In this document: positions 10,263-19,529 of the stretch, piece by piece
Position numbering within the stretch: position 1 is the stretch's first letter
Layout: each line of letters starts with the position of its first letter
Source: Candidatus Binatia bacterium
GTDB taxonomy: Bacteria; Desulfobacterota; Binatia; UBA9968; CAXXLF01
DNA length: 64,000 bases
Assembly: GCA_963664015.2 (NCBI GenBank)
Contig: CAXXLF010000001.1
Coordinates: 416,001-480,000 of the forward strand
Reading direction: 5' to 3'
Translations under genes and position numbers: made by a program
Notes under the pieces: generated by a model
What the model was told of the DNA's origin: nothing
The model's input: the letters and a program-made list of their open reading frames with translations, nothing else
Databases searched by the model: none

Positions 10263-11027
10263 TTACTGCTCTGAGTTTTCCGTAGAAGCGTTCCTGAGAG
10301 CGCCGAGAACGATCCTGGAAAATAGCCAATCCGGCAAGACACGGGTCAATTCAAAGCAGAGCCTCAGGTGTCTAGGAACCGTAACACAGGCTACCCGATG
10401 TTCGATAGCAGCTAAGATCTTTCCTACTGCTCTTGCTTCCGACATAGTAAAGATACCGCGCGACCCGAGCCCCATACCCGTGTTAACCGCCCCTAAATGA
10501 ATAACCGTGAACGCCATGCCGTTCCGTTCATGCCTTCCTCGAAGGGATTCGAAAGATCGATCGAGAGCGGCCTTTGAAGCGCTATAGGCAACCCAGCGCG
10601 CATCTCCTCGATACGCAGCCAAGGAAGAAATGGCCACAAACTGCCCTACCTTACGACGTTGGAAGATCGGCAGGAAAGATTCCACCCATACGAGCGCCCC
10701 AAACAGATTAACCTCTAAGATGTGCTTAAACTCTGCCAGTATAAATGGTTGCCCGTAACGTTCGGGATTAATCGCAGCATTAAGGATAATGATGTCAGGT
10801 ATATAATCGCACCGAGCCATCGCGTGAACTGTCTGATGGACATCATCCGCCTTCACTACATCACAGACGGAAAAGAAAAATTGCTCACAACCGAGCTCAT
10901 GCTGCAGCTCGAATAGTTCCTCTTGCCTGCGAGACACACCCCAAACCTGATGGCCGCGACCGCATAGTTCTCGTGCGAGTGCCCGCCCCAACCCCCCAGA
11001 TGCACCTGTAACCAGGTATTTGGCCAT
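10263..11027 (-). CDS. Short-chain dehydrogenase/reductase
   Basis: TGASGGLG, NAA, YSASK; start at ATG 11027. Confidence 0.8.
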   Translation of the reverse strand: MAKYLVTGASGGLGRALARELCGRGHQVWGVSRRQEELFELQHELGCEQFFFSVCDVVKADDVHQTVHAMARCDYIPDIIILNAAINPERYGQPFILAEFKHILEVNLFGALVWVESFLPIFQRRKVGQFVAISSLAAYRGDARWVAYSASKAALDRSFESLRGRHERNGMAFTVIHLGAVNTGMGLGSRGIFTMSEARAVGKILAAIEHRVACVTVPRHLRLCFELTRVLPDWLFSRIVLGALRNASTENSEQ

Positions 11028-11280
11028 GTGAAAAATGATTCCGAAAAGTTTTAAACGATAGCCACAGATAAAAGCCCGCTGGTGTCGTACCATTTAACAC
11101 AGAATAGACATCGAGTGGGACCCATTTCCCAATTCCCTATCATTCCATCACAGCACGCCACGATACAACCTTTGATCTACCAAGAGCCGAGCAACGCAGG
11201 CTTTGGAAATGTCGGAGCCTCAACATTCATTAAACTGACTCACCGGATCCACCAGTAGGACTCGGCATCCATGCGACCAA

Positions 11281-12285
11281 TTAAGCTGCGCTTGCCTTCA
11301 GTTGATCTTTAGGTGTTTCCCTGACCTTTTTCAGGTCGCTGTCTACCATTTCCCTCACTAGTTGTTCGAACGACATGTCATAGGACCAACCAAGAATTTC
11401 TTTAGCCTTTGACGCATCACCGATTAGCCGATCCACCTCCGACGGCCGGTAAAGCGTTGCGTCTGTTTCCACGTAGTTACAATAATCGAGGCCCACGTGA
11501 CCGAACGCAATCTCACAAAGTTCCCTAACACTGTGGGTCTCCCCCGTAGCCACGACGAAGTCTTCTGGCCGATCAAACTGCAACATCCTCCACATCGCTT
11601 CTACATATCGCGGGGCGTGCCCCCAATCTCTCCTTGCTTCCAAGTTCCCAAGGACAAGTTTTTGTGCCTTACCTGCCACGATTAGCGCAACATGGTATGA
11701 AATCTTCCTTGTAACAAACTCAAACCCCCGCCGGGGGCTTTCGTGATTAAAACAAATTCCCGTTACGGTAAAGAGGTTATATGCCTCGCGGTAGTTACGT
11801 GTAAGCTCGAACCCTGTGCACTTCGATATTCCATAAGCTGATCGCGGGTGAAACGGAGTGGTTTCCCTCTGTGGTGTCTCTGCGACTTTGCCGAATATTT
11901 CGCTGGATCCTGCGAAATAGAACTTTGCCTCCGGACAGGCCTCTCGAAAACTGCTCAAGATATAGTGCGTACCATTGATATTGGTATTCATGGTAGAGAA
12001 TTCGTCCTCAAAGGAATAACTCACGAAACTCTGAGCCGCAAGATGATATATTTCATCCGGTTTTATCCGGTTTAATACTCTAAAGATGCTTGGATAGCTT
12101 TCCATCGATGCTGCATGTAGATTTAGCTTGTCTTTGATATGATTTATTCTCCACATCCGGTGTAAAGGATCTTCTAAGGCAACGCGGCGTACGATACCGT
12201 GTACCTCATACCCTTTCTCCAAAAGCAATTCAGCCAGGTAGGAGCCGTCCTGTCCGGTTATTCCCGTAATTAATGCCTTCTTCAT
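11281..12285 (-). CDS. gmd: GDP-mannose 4,6-dehydratase
   Basis: ALITGITGQDGSYL, LAAQSFV, FNHESPRRG, RDWGHA. Confidence 0.93.
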   Translation of the reverse strand: MKKALITGITGQDGSYLAELLLEKGYEVHGIVRRVALEDPLHRMWRINHIKDKLNLHAASMESYPSIFRVLNRIKPDEIYHLAAQSFVSYSFEDEFSTMNTNINGTHYILSSFREACPEAKFYFAGSSEIFGKVAETPQRETTPFHPRSAYGISKCTGFELTRNYREAYNLFTVTGICFNHESPRRGFEFVTRKISYHVALIVAGKAQKLVLGNLEARRDWGHAPRYVEAMWRMLQFDRPEDFVVATGETHSVRELCEIAFGHVGLDYCNYVETDATLYRPSEVDRLIGDASKAKEILGWSYDMSFEQLVREMVDSDLKKVRETPKDQLKASAA

Positions 12286-12417
12286 TTAAAAGGTCCTTCG
12301 ATTATGAAGATCGGTTAGACTTAATAAGGCAAGTGTCCTTATTTTACAAGCGGGCATTCGAATTGCGCCATTGCCTGTTAAAATAATCATTCAACTTTGC
12401 TTCCCTTTTACCGATTG

Positions 12418-14634
12418 TTAAAGCCGGCCAAAAAACCCATGGAATCGCTCAATCATGAAATCAATCATTTCCTCCGTCAGGCCGGGATAGACACCGACAA
12501 AGAAGGTGTCCCGCATGATGACATCGGATTGCCTCAAGTCGCCGGGAACCCGACACTCAATCCGTGAAAATCCCGGCTGGCGCAATATATTACCACCAAA
12601 GATAGCCCGGGTCTCGATCTTCGCCCCTTCCAACCATTGCACCAACTCCCTCTTGGAGAGAGGCTCTTTCACGGTTATGGGGAATCCAAACCAGGCCGGC
12701 TCGGACCGGGTATCCCACATGGGAAGGACGATGAAGTCTTGATATCGCTCTAGGGCCTTATACAGTCTTGTGAAATTTTCCTTCCGCCTGGCCACAAACT
12801 CAGGAAGACGATCGGCCTGACGAACGCCTATAGCCGCCTGGAGGTCCGTTGGTTTCAGATTGTAGCCGATCTGGGAATAAATGTATTTGTGATCGTATCC
12901 TTCGGGCAACTCGCCCGACTGCCAGCCAAAACGCATGGAACAGGAATTAGACTCTCCGGGGGCACACCAGCAGTCTCTTCCCCAATCGCGGAGCGAACGG
13001 ATAATCTTGGAAAGCCTGGGGTTATTTACGACAACCCCTCCCCCCTCACCCATGGTAATATGATGGGCCGGAAAGAAGCTCAGAGTTGCCACATCGCCGA
13101 AGGTTCCAACCAGTTTTCCACGAAACACCGAACCTAAAGCATCGCAAGTATCTTCCACAAGGAACAAATGGTGCCGGCGGGCGATCTCACCAATGAGGTC
13201 CAGGTCGCAAGGGTTTCCTAGAGTATGCGGGATAACCATCGCCCGAGTACGGGGCGATATAGCTGATTCGATGAGATTAGGATCGATATTATAGGTCCCG
13301 ATCTCGGCATCTACGAAAACCGGGATCAGTCCATTCTGCACGATCGGCGATAGAGTGCTGGGAAAGGTTACTGCCGGAGTAATTACCTCGTCCCCTTTTT
13401 CCAAATGACCGTCCAGGTCGGGGGACATCAGCGACCCGATAGCAATCAAGTTTGCCGAGGATCCGGAGTTCACGAGAATGAAGTCTCGCGAGCCGAAAAG
13501 GGATCTCATCTTTTTCTCAAACAGGTCACCGTAGGGGCCAAGGGTAAGCCAAAAATCCAGAGCGCTATCGACGAGACTTATCATTTCTCGCTCGTCAAAC
13601 ACCCTGCCCGAATAGGAAACCGGTGTCGAAAACGGGATAAACTTTTTCTCCCGGTGAACCAATTCATAATATCTTTTTACCCTGTCAAAAATCTCGCTAG
13701 AGATACGGGCCGGCTCTCCCTTCCTCTCCGTTTTTGTATAGGTAATCTGCACATCAGCCCGCCACTGTCTCCGAAGACGCTTCAGCGCTTCTGAAAGGGG
13801 CATGGGCTCCGTACCTAATAGTGAAGTTAACTTGTCAGTTTTAAGACCACCCTGAAGAGGCCGCCTGGCCCTCTGCCCCAATCCTGCCGTCGGAACTCCG
13901 ACAATCAATTCCGGATTCAAACCAAATACTTGAGCCAGGCTTCTTCCTAAATCTACACGAGTAAGGCGATCTTGCCCGACGACATTGACTACCCCCTTTG
14001 TTCCCTGCTGAACTAAACGGAGGCTAGCCTCTGCCAGGTAGTCCACTAATGTAGGATTACCGATCTGGTCGTCAGGCACACTGATTCTTTTCCCCGCCTG
14101 CAGTGCATCATAAACCTGCATTGCAAAGTTTTTAGAGCGTCGTTCCCAACCGTAAACCACAGTCGTGCGCAAAATAAGAAAATCTTCCAAAATATCACAA
14201 ATGATATTTTCAGCTTCAAGCTTGGTCTTGCCATATACGTTCGTAGGGGTCCCCACTGACTGCTCATCGTAAGGGCCGTCCTTCCCGTCGAAAATGTAGT
14301 CCGTTGAATAGAAGACAAGCTTGGACCCACAGCGAGCTGCTTCGCGAGCAATGTTCGTTGCCCCTTCGACGTTGATCCGAGTGGCCTCCTCCGGGTGCTC
14401 CTCACAATAATCCACGCTGGTCAAAGCCGCCGTCAAAAACACCACATGCGGAGAGACTTCACGGAACCAATCATGAACCCGAGAGGTGTCTGTGATGTCC
14501 ATCTGGGTCGAACCGTCGACGGGATGAGTCCGTGAGATTCCCATAACTTGATATTGGTTATTTTCGAGAACACGCATCAGAGCCCGGCCGACCAATCCCG
14601 AAGCCCCGATCACGGCGGCCGTTGGGCTATCCAT
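12418..14634 (-). CDS. rfbH: Fusion: RmlD-like NDP-4-ketosugar reductase (N-terminal ~290 aa) + CDP-4-keto-6-deoxyglucose 3-dehydrase E1 (RfbH/DdhC)
   Basis: N-terminal GASGLVG, YSTDYIFDG, YGKTK; C-terminal NSGSSAN, SFFPAHHITMGEGG, GRDCWC...C, YDHKY. Confidence 0.88.
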   Translation of the reverse strand: MDSPTAAVIGASGLVGRALMRVLENNQYQVMGISRTHPVDGSTQMDITDTSRVHDWFREVSPHVVFLTAALTSVDYCEEHPEEATRINVEGATNIAREAARCGSKLVFYSTDYIFDGKDGPYDEQSVGTPTNVYGKTKLEAENIICDILEDFLILRTTVVYGWERRSKNFAMQVYDALQAGKRISVPDDQIGNPTLVDYLAEASLRLVQQGTKGVVNVVGQDRLTRVDLGRSLAQVFGLNPELIVGVPTAGLGQRARRPLQGGLKTDKLTSLLGTEPMPLSEALKRLRRQWRADVQITYTKTERKGEPARISSEIFDRVKRYYELVHREKKFIPFSTPVSYSGRVFDEREMISLVDSALDFWLTLGPYGDLFEKKMRSLFGSRDFILVNSGSSANLIAIGSLMSPDLDGHLEKGDEVITPAVTFPSTLSPIVQNGLIPVFVDAEIGTYNIDPNLIESAISPRTRAMVIPHTLGNPCDLDLIGEIARRHHLFLVEDTCDALGSVFRGKLVGTFGDVATLSFFPAHHITMGEGGGVVVNNPRLSKIIRSLRDWGRDCWCAPGESNSCSMRFGWQSGELPEGYDHKYIYSQIGYNLKPTDLQAAIGVRQADRLPEFVARRKENFTRLYKALERYQDFIVLPMWDTRSEPAWFGFPITVKEPLSKRELVQWLEGAKIETRAIFGGNILRQPGFSRIECRVPGDLRQSDVIMRDTFFVGVYPGLTEEMIDFMIERFHGFFGRL

Positions 14635-15097
14635 GCCTCAAGCTCCAATCGTAAGGGATATCTTTAGTAAAGGGATCCAAACGATTAATTTCTGCCGGAT
14701 CGTGCGGCTCTGTGGCGCAGTTCGCCACGATAGCACGTCTGGTCCCCACCCCTTTGAACCCATTCCAAATATTAGGGGGAATGGTAATCAAAGAACATGC
14801 GTCTTCGCCTACGAAAATTTCTTGGATTTCTCCCTTTGAGGAAGATTCCTGGCGATCATCATACAGAACCAGTTTGATGTTTCCGCTAACAACCGCATAG
14901 TTCAGCGTCATCTTTTTGTGCAAATGCCAACCCTTTATTACACCAGGATAAATCACCGAGAAGTAAATCTCCCCGAACCTTTCAAACCAAGAATCATCCC
15001 GCCTGAGCATGTGCATTACCTTACCACGCTCATCCATGATCTGTTTTAATGGATGAATGGAGATATCTTCAATCACTGCGCCTGTTCCTTTCGGCAA
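14627..15097 (-). CDS. RmlC-like cupin NDP-sugar 3,5-/5-epimerase
   Basis: DERG, GEIYFS, KGWHLH, IPPNIWNGF. Confidence 0.8.
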   Translation of the reverse strand: MPKGTGAVIEDISIHPLKQIMDERGKVMHMLRRDDSWFERFGEIYFSVIYPGVIKGWHLHKKMTLNYAVVSGNIKLVLYDDRQESSSKGEIQEIFVGEDACSLITIPPNIWNGFKGVGTRRAIVANCATEPHDPAEINRLDPFTKDIPYDWSLRHG

Positions 15098-16064
15098 AAA
15101 ACCTACTATACCAGGTGATGGTTTCGTCCAGCCCTTCGTCTAGATTATATCTCGGTATCCAACCTAAGAGGCGACGTGACTTCTGGCTGGAAAGATACTG
15201 CCTCCTGATTTCACCAGAGGTGGTTCCCAATATCTCCGGTTTTAAATCCTCCCTTCCCATTCGTTTAAGAATCTTGTCAACCAAAGCCAACACGGTTATT
15301 GGCTCCTCATTGCTAAAGTTCAACGCTAGACCGGCAACTTCACTGGAAAGATCTATATGCTCAGCCAAGCTCAGATAGGCATCTACGGCATCGGCAACAT
15401 AAAAATAATCCCTCACATACTGCCCGTCGCTCCGGATGACCGGTTGGGTTCCCTGGAGCACCGCTTCAATGGTACCGGGAATTATGCGATTAAAGTTGAG
15501 GTCCCCGCCACCATAAAGATTACCGCAACGGGTTATACACACAGGGAGATTGAAGTTTTTATGATAGGCCCGCGCCAACAAATCACCGCTCGCCTTTGTG
15601 ACATCGTAAAAGTTTGTTGGGCAAAGGGCCATTTCCTCTCGATAGGGAAGCTCCTCGTGCTCGCCATACGCCTTGTCACTGGAAGCAACGATGATTCTTT
15701 TAACCCAGGGAGAATTTCGGGTCGCCTCTAAAAGCGACCAGGTACCTCGGATATTGGACTCAAACGTGGAAATCGGTGAGCGGTTAGCTGTAGGTACGAT
15801 TGCCTGGGCGGCAATATGAAAAACGGCGTCGATCTCGTATTCGTTCAGCGTCCTTTCCAAGAGCGGCACATCCGTAACCTCCCCCCGAACCACAATTACC
15901 CGGGAGTCCAACCCCAGTAAATAAAAGTTGGACATTGGAACGCGATCTCGAACCAAGCCCACCACAAGAGCGCCTTTTTGGACAAGGCTTTCCGTCAACC
16001 AGGGGCCCAATAGGCCGGTACAGCCGGTCACGAATACCCTTTTTCCCTGCCAGAAACTACCCAT
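15069..16064 (-). CDS. rfbG: CDP-glucose 4,6-dehydratase (RfbG/DdhB-like)
   Basis: FWQGKRVFVTG, HIAAQAIV, SSDKAYG, RCGNLYGGGD; follows rfbF. Confidence 0.75.
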   Translation of the reverse strand: MGSFWQGKRVFVTGCTGLLGPWLTESLVQKGALVVGLVRDRVPMSNFYLLGLDSRVIVVRGEVTDVPLLERTLNEYEIDAVFHIAAQAIVPTANRSPISTFESNIRGTWSLLEATRNSPWVKRIIVASSDKAYGEHEELPYREEMALCPTNFYDVTKASGDLLARAYHKNFNLPVCITRCGNLYGGGDLNFNRIIPGTIEAVLQGTQPVIRSDGQYVRDYFYVADAVDAYLSLAEHIDLSSEVAGLALNFSNEEPITVLALVDKILKRMGREDLKPEILGTTSGEIRRQYLSSQKSRRLLGWIPRYNLDEGLDETITWYSRFFAERNRRSD

Positions 16065-16863
16065 GGGATACGTTTTTAAACGCCATTTCCTGATCCGGGA
16101 ACATCCAACCAGGGTGACCGGTGGCCCACTCATGATTTAGGGCTTCAAAATCCCGGTAGGTATCCATACATTTCCAGTAACCTTCATGTTTATAAACAGC
16201 CAATTGTTTGTCTTGAGCCAATCTCTTCAAAGGTTCCTTTTCCAAAATACAATTATCATCGAGGTAGTCAAAAACTCCCTTCTCAAAGACAAAAAACCCG
16301 CCATTAATCCAACCATTCTGAATCTGCGGCTTTTCCCGGAATGACTTTGCCAGATCGCCATCCACCGATAGTTCTCCGAAACGCGCTACCGGTCGCACAG
16401 CCGTGACGGTTGCGATTTTTCCTTGCTCACGATGGAAATTAAGAAGGCTGTTAATGTCGATGTTTGCCAGTCCATCCCCATAGGTTGCCAAAAAGGTATT
16501 TCCAGTTATATATTTCTCAACTTCCTTGATCCTTCCACCGGTCATGTTGTTAAGACCCGTTTCCGCCAAGGTAACCTGCCAATCGCTTTCATCGTGAACG
16601 ACCCCATGCCGAATGACCTCTTTTGTACCAAGCCGAATCGTGAAATCGCTGTTAAGCAGATCGTATCCCAAGAAATAATCCTTGATAACATCTCCTTTAT
16701 ACCCCAGACAGAGAACAAACTCCCTAAGCCCAAAACGAGAGTAAATTTTCATGACGTGCCATAAGATCGGTTTGTCCCCCACGACAATCATGGGTTTTGG
16801 TTTGAATTCGGTCTCCTCTCTCAACCTAGTACCAAGCCCACCGGCTAGAATGACAACTTTCAT
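16057..16863 (-). CDS. rfbF: Glucose-1-phosphate cytidylyltransferase
   Basis: MKVVILAGGLGTRLREET, TGGRIK, TYGDG, WKCMDT; AAGGAG RBS. Confidence 0.92.
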   Translation of the reverse strand: MKVVILAGGLGTRLREETEFKPKPMIVVGDKPILWHVMKIYSRFGLREFVLCLGYKGDVIKDYFLGYDLLNSDFTIRLGTKEVIRHGVVHDESDWQVTLAETGLNNMTGGRIKEVEKYITGNTFLATYGDGLANIDINSLLNFHREQGKIATVTAVRPVARFGELSVDGDLAKSFREKPQIQNGWINGGFFVFEKGVFDYLDDNCILEKEPLKRLAQDKQLAVYKHEGYWKCMDTYRDFEALNHEWATGHPGWMFPDQEMAFKNVSHG

Positions 16864-16939
16864 TGAAAAACTCCTTGTTGACAGTTCACTCTTGAGATAG
16901 GTTACAGCATTACAGACGTGGCACAGCTAGCGGCCTGAC

Positions 16940-17075
16940 TTTTGGCAACTCACTATCTGCAGTTCACGATCCACAGTTAATTGTCAACTAATCAAAAATG
17001 ACTATAAACCAATCAACTTACGGGGCACCGGCCACAAACCACGTGCCATTAACCATTGACGAATGACCGCTGACT
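16940..17075. repeat. Degenerate heptamer array (CAGTTAA/CCATTGA class)
   Basis: cagttcacgatccacagttaattgtcaact ... ccattaaccattgacgaatgacc. Confidence 0.45.
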
Positions 17076-17076
17076 T

Positions 17077-17238
17077 TCAACCATTTAAAATTCCCTTTGT
17101 CCAATCTCGATTGTCCTGATACCAACCGACCAGGTTTGCCAGACCCTCGTCGAGAAAGGTCGTGGACTGCCACTTCAGCAAATTTTTTTCCTTGGAGATA
17201 TCCGCCCAGGTAGCAAGCACGTCCGCCGCATGGCGAGG
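17077..17238 (-). pseudogene. 3' remnant of a paralogue of the 18046-19086 epimerase
   Basis: Translates PRHAADVLATWADISKEKNLLKWQSTTFLDEGLANLVGWYQDNRDWTKGILNG*; matches the C-terminus of the upstream epimerase; no 5' part. Confidence 0.85.
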
Positions 17239-17242
17239 AATC

Positions 17243-17600
17243 TGGTTGATTGGGTTTCTTGAGTTGATAGCGCTAGTTGAGTTTTTTGAGTTAGTCGAGT
17301 CCGTTGAGTGGCTTCTCAGGTTGATTCGGTTTCTTTAGTTTACCTTCCGCCTCAGGAGGATCGGGCTGAGGTCTGTCTGGTTCGAGAGATCCGACTCCAG
17401 ATGTCGGAGGTCAGAAAGCCATCGGATCTAGAACGGTTCGCGCAAAGGGCGCCAAGTTAAGAGAGAATAAAATAGTTTTTTTCTTTGCGAGCTTCGCGCC
17501 TTAACACCAAAAACTTCATTTAGCTTGTCAAATAGTCGTTAGGCCGAGTCATTATTTTCTATTCGCCATTCGCGGACTTATGATCTCTGTTCTCTGACAT
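17243..17600. repeat. Modular repeat cassette: 9-mer array, CCGCC hairpin, TCAGAGG heptamers, CGCAAAGGGCGCCAAG module with its inverted partner
   Basis: ggttgattgggtttcttgagttgat..., cttccgcctcaggagga, gtcggaggtcagaaag, cgcaaagggcgccaagtt ... ctttgcgagcttcgcg. Confidence 0.75.
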
Positions 17601-17844
17601 TTGGGAGCCAGATGATTGCTAGCGAATTCCAGATAAGCTTCCGCCATATCTGCATCCCCAGGGTTATGAGGACGCAGCAAGTTGCACTTCTGCAGATATA
17701 TGTGATTTGTGCTCAGTAGGCTCGACCGTCTGGATTGAAGGTCTACTAAATTTGCCTATATAACCGGTCTAATTGTTCGGTTTATAACGTATTTTCGGTA
17801 TTTTGTCTATAGAGACTATCTTATTTCTAGCTGGTTTCTCTGGC

Positions 17845-18000
17845 CTGCGCCGTGAAATAATATCTCCGATTATTACCTTATCAACCCCCTCTAGCCACTA
17901 TTTCACCGGGCGAACTGGCTGCTGCTTACTGTCGCCTGCCCTCTGCTGTGTTAGCGCTTTACCCTCCGCGCTATGCTCTTTGCTACCTCCTGCCAGCTGC
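17845..18000. repeat. CCGTGAAAT...ATTTCAC inverted-repeat element followed by heptamer arrays
   Basis: gccgtgaaata (17849) / tatttcaccgggc (17899); then ctgcttactg and gcgctatgctctttgc. Confidence 0.6.
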
Positions 18001-18045
18001 ATCATTGATCTCCCACTTCTGTCCTAGGACATCGACGATAGTATA

Positions 18046-19086
18046 TTATTTGGTCACTATCTCCATTGTCCAATCTCGATTGTCCTGATACCAGCCGACC
18101 AGGTTGCTCAGCCCCTCCTCGAGAAAGGTCGTGGGCTTCCAATTCAGCAGTTTTTTAGCCTTGGAGATATCGGCCCAGGTTGCTAGGACATCCGCGGGAT
18201 GTCGAGGCTTATATTGGATTTTTCCAGATTTCTTCACCAGCCCTTCAATCAACCTAATGGCCTCATTCAAAACTACCGGTTTATCGGAACCGAGGTTGAT
18301 AATCTCGAATCCCAACGGCTTGAGGGAAGCCACCGTTCCCCGCGCGATATCGTCGACGTAGGTAAAATCCCGCGACTGCTTGCCATCTCCAAAGACAGTG
18401 ACCTCTCGGCCTTCGTTGATCCACTGAACGAATCTAAAGAGGCTCATATCCGGCCGGCCTCCCGGACCGTAGACTGTAAAGAATCGAAGAACTGCCACAT
18501 CGATCTTATGAAGGTAATAGTATGTATAACAGAGCGCTTCAGCCGCCTTCTTTGAGGCTGCATAGGGAGAGAGGGGTTGGTCGGTGGGGTCGGATTCGCG
18601 AAAAGGTTTATTTAGTTTGTTTGGTTTATCTAGTTGCTCTGGTTTGTTTAGATTGTCTAGTTGCTTCGGTTGGCCATAGAGGCTGGAGGTCGATGCGAGG
18701 ACAAATTTGTTCACGCCGAATTCGCGGCATAGGTCAAGGAGGTTGAGACATCCCCCGATATTGGTCTCGTAGTAAATCCAGGGGTTATCGACGGACGGTC
18801 GGACACCGGCGCGGGCGGCGAGGTTGATTACAGCGTCAAGAGGCGAATGGCGAATAGCAAATAGCGAATGGAATAAATCCTTGAGTGCGGCCCGGTCACA
18901 GATGTCGAGGCGATGGAAGTCGAAGCCGGGTTTGCCCTGGAGCTGGGCGAGGCGCCAGTCTTTGAGACGGACATCATAGGCATCGTTAAGATTGTCAACT
19001 CCAATGACATGGTGGCCATCCTGAAGTAACAATTCACAGACTTTCGAACCGATAAAACCGGCGGAGCCGGTGACGAGAATGTGCAT
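18046..19086 (-). CDS. NAD-dependent epimerase/dehydratase (UDP-glucuronate 4-epimerase/WcaG-like) with two in-frame repeat insertions
   Basis: GSAGFIG, LAARAGVR, YAASKK, LRFFTVYGP..RPDM, RDFTYVDD. Confidence 0.9.
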   Translation of the reverse strand: MHILVTGSAGFIGSKVCELLLQDGHHVIGVDNLNDAYDVRLKDWRLAQLQGKPGFDFHRLDICDRAALKDLFHSLFAIRHSPLDAVINLAARAGVRPSVDNPWIYYETNIGGCLNLLDLCREFGVNKFVLASTSSLYGQPKQLDNLNKPEQLDKPNKLNKPFRESDPTDQPLSPYAASKKAAEALCYTYYYLHKIDVAVLRFFTVYGPGGRPDMSLFRFVQWINEGREVTVFGDGKQSRDFTYVDDIARGTVASLKPLGFEIINLGSDKPVVLNEAIRLIEGLVKKSGKIQYKPRHPADVLATWADISKAKKLLNWKPTTFLEEGLSNLVGWYQDNRDWTMEIVTK

Positions 19087-19087
19087 G

Positions 19088-19528
19088 GTGTTTATTGGGT
19101 TTCTCTAGTTTATCTAGTTCGTTTAGTTGATTTGGTTTCTTTGGATTATTTAGTCTCTTCGGTCTATCTGGTCTATTCAGGCACTCACGTCTAATCAGTC
19201 TATGTGGTCTGTCTGGTTGATCTTCCGCCAGAGGCGGATCAGCCCCCGCCTAAGGCGGGTCCCCCTCAGGAGGATCGAGCGGAAGTTTGTCTCGTCTCTT
19301 TAGTCTATCTAGTTCTTCCCGTTCGTTGAGTTCCTTGGGTTTTTTTAGTTATCGATTTTCTCTAGTTTGTCGAGTCTCTTGAGTTCGTTGTGCTCTTTGA
19401 GTTGGTGTGGTCCGCAGTCAGGAGTTCCGTGCTGGTTTTTCGATTAACTGTTAACCATTGACTATTAACTACTTTCTGATCTCTGACCTCTGACCTCTGG
19501 TACCTGCCATTTGCTATTGGCCAACTAA
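19088..19528. repeat. Modular repeat cassette: 9-mer arrays with nested CCGCC hairpins, shared 90-bp block, heptamer arrays
   Basis: 9-nt periodicity 19090-19220 and 19290-19400; hairpins 19222-19280; tctgacctctgacctctgg. Confidence 0.8.
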
Positions 19529-19529
19529 C

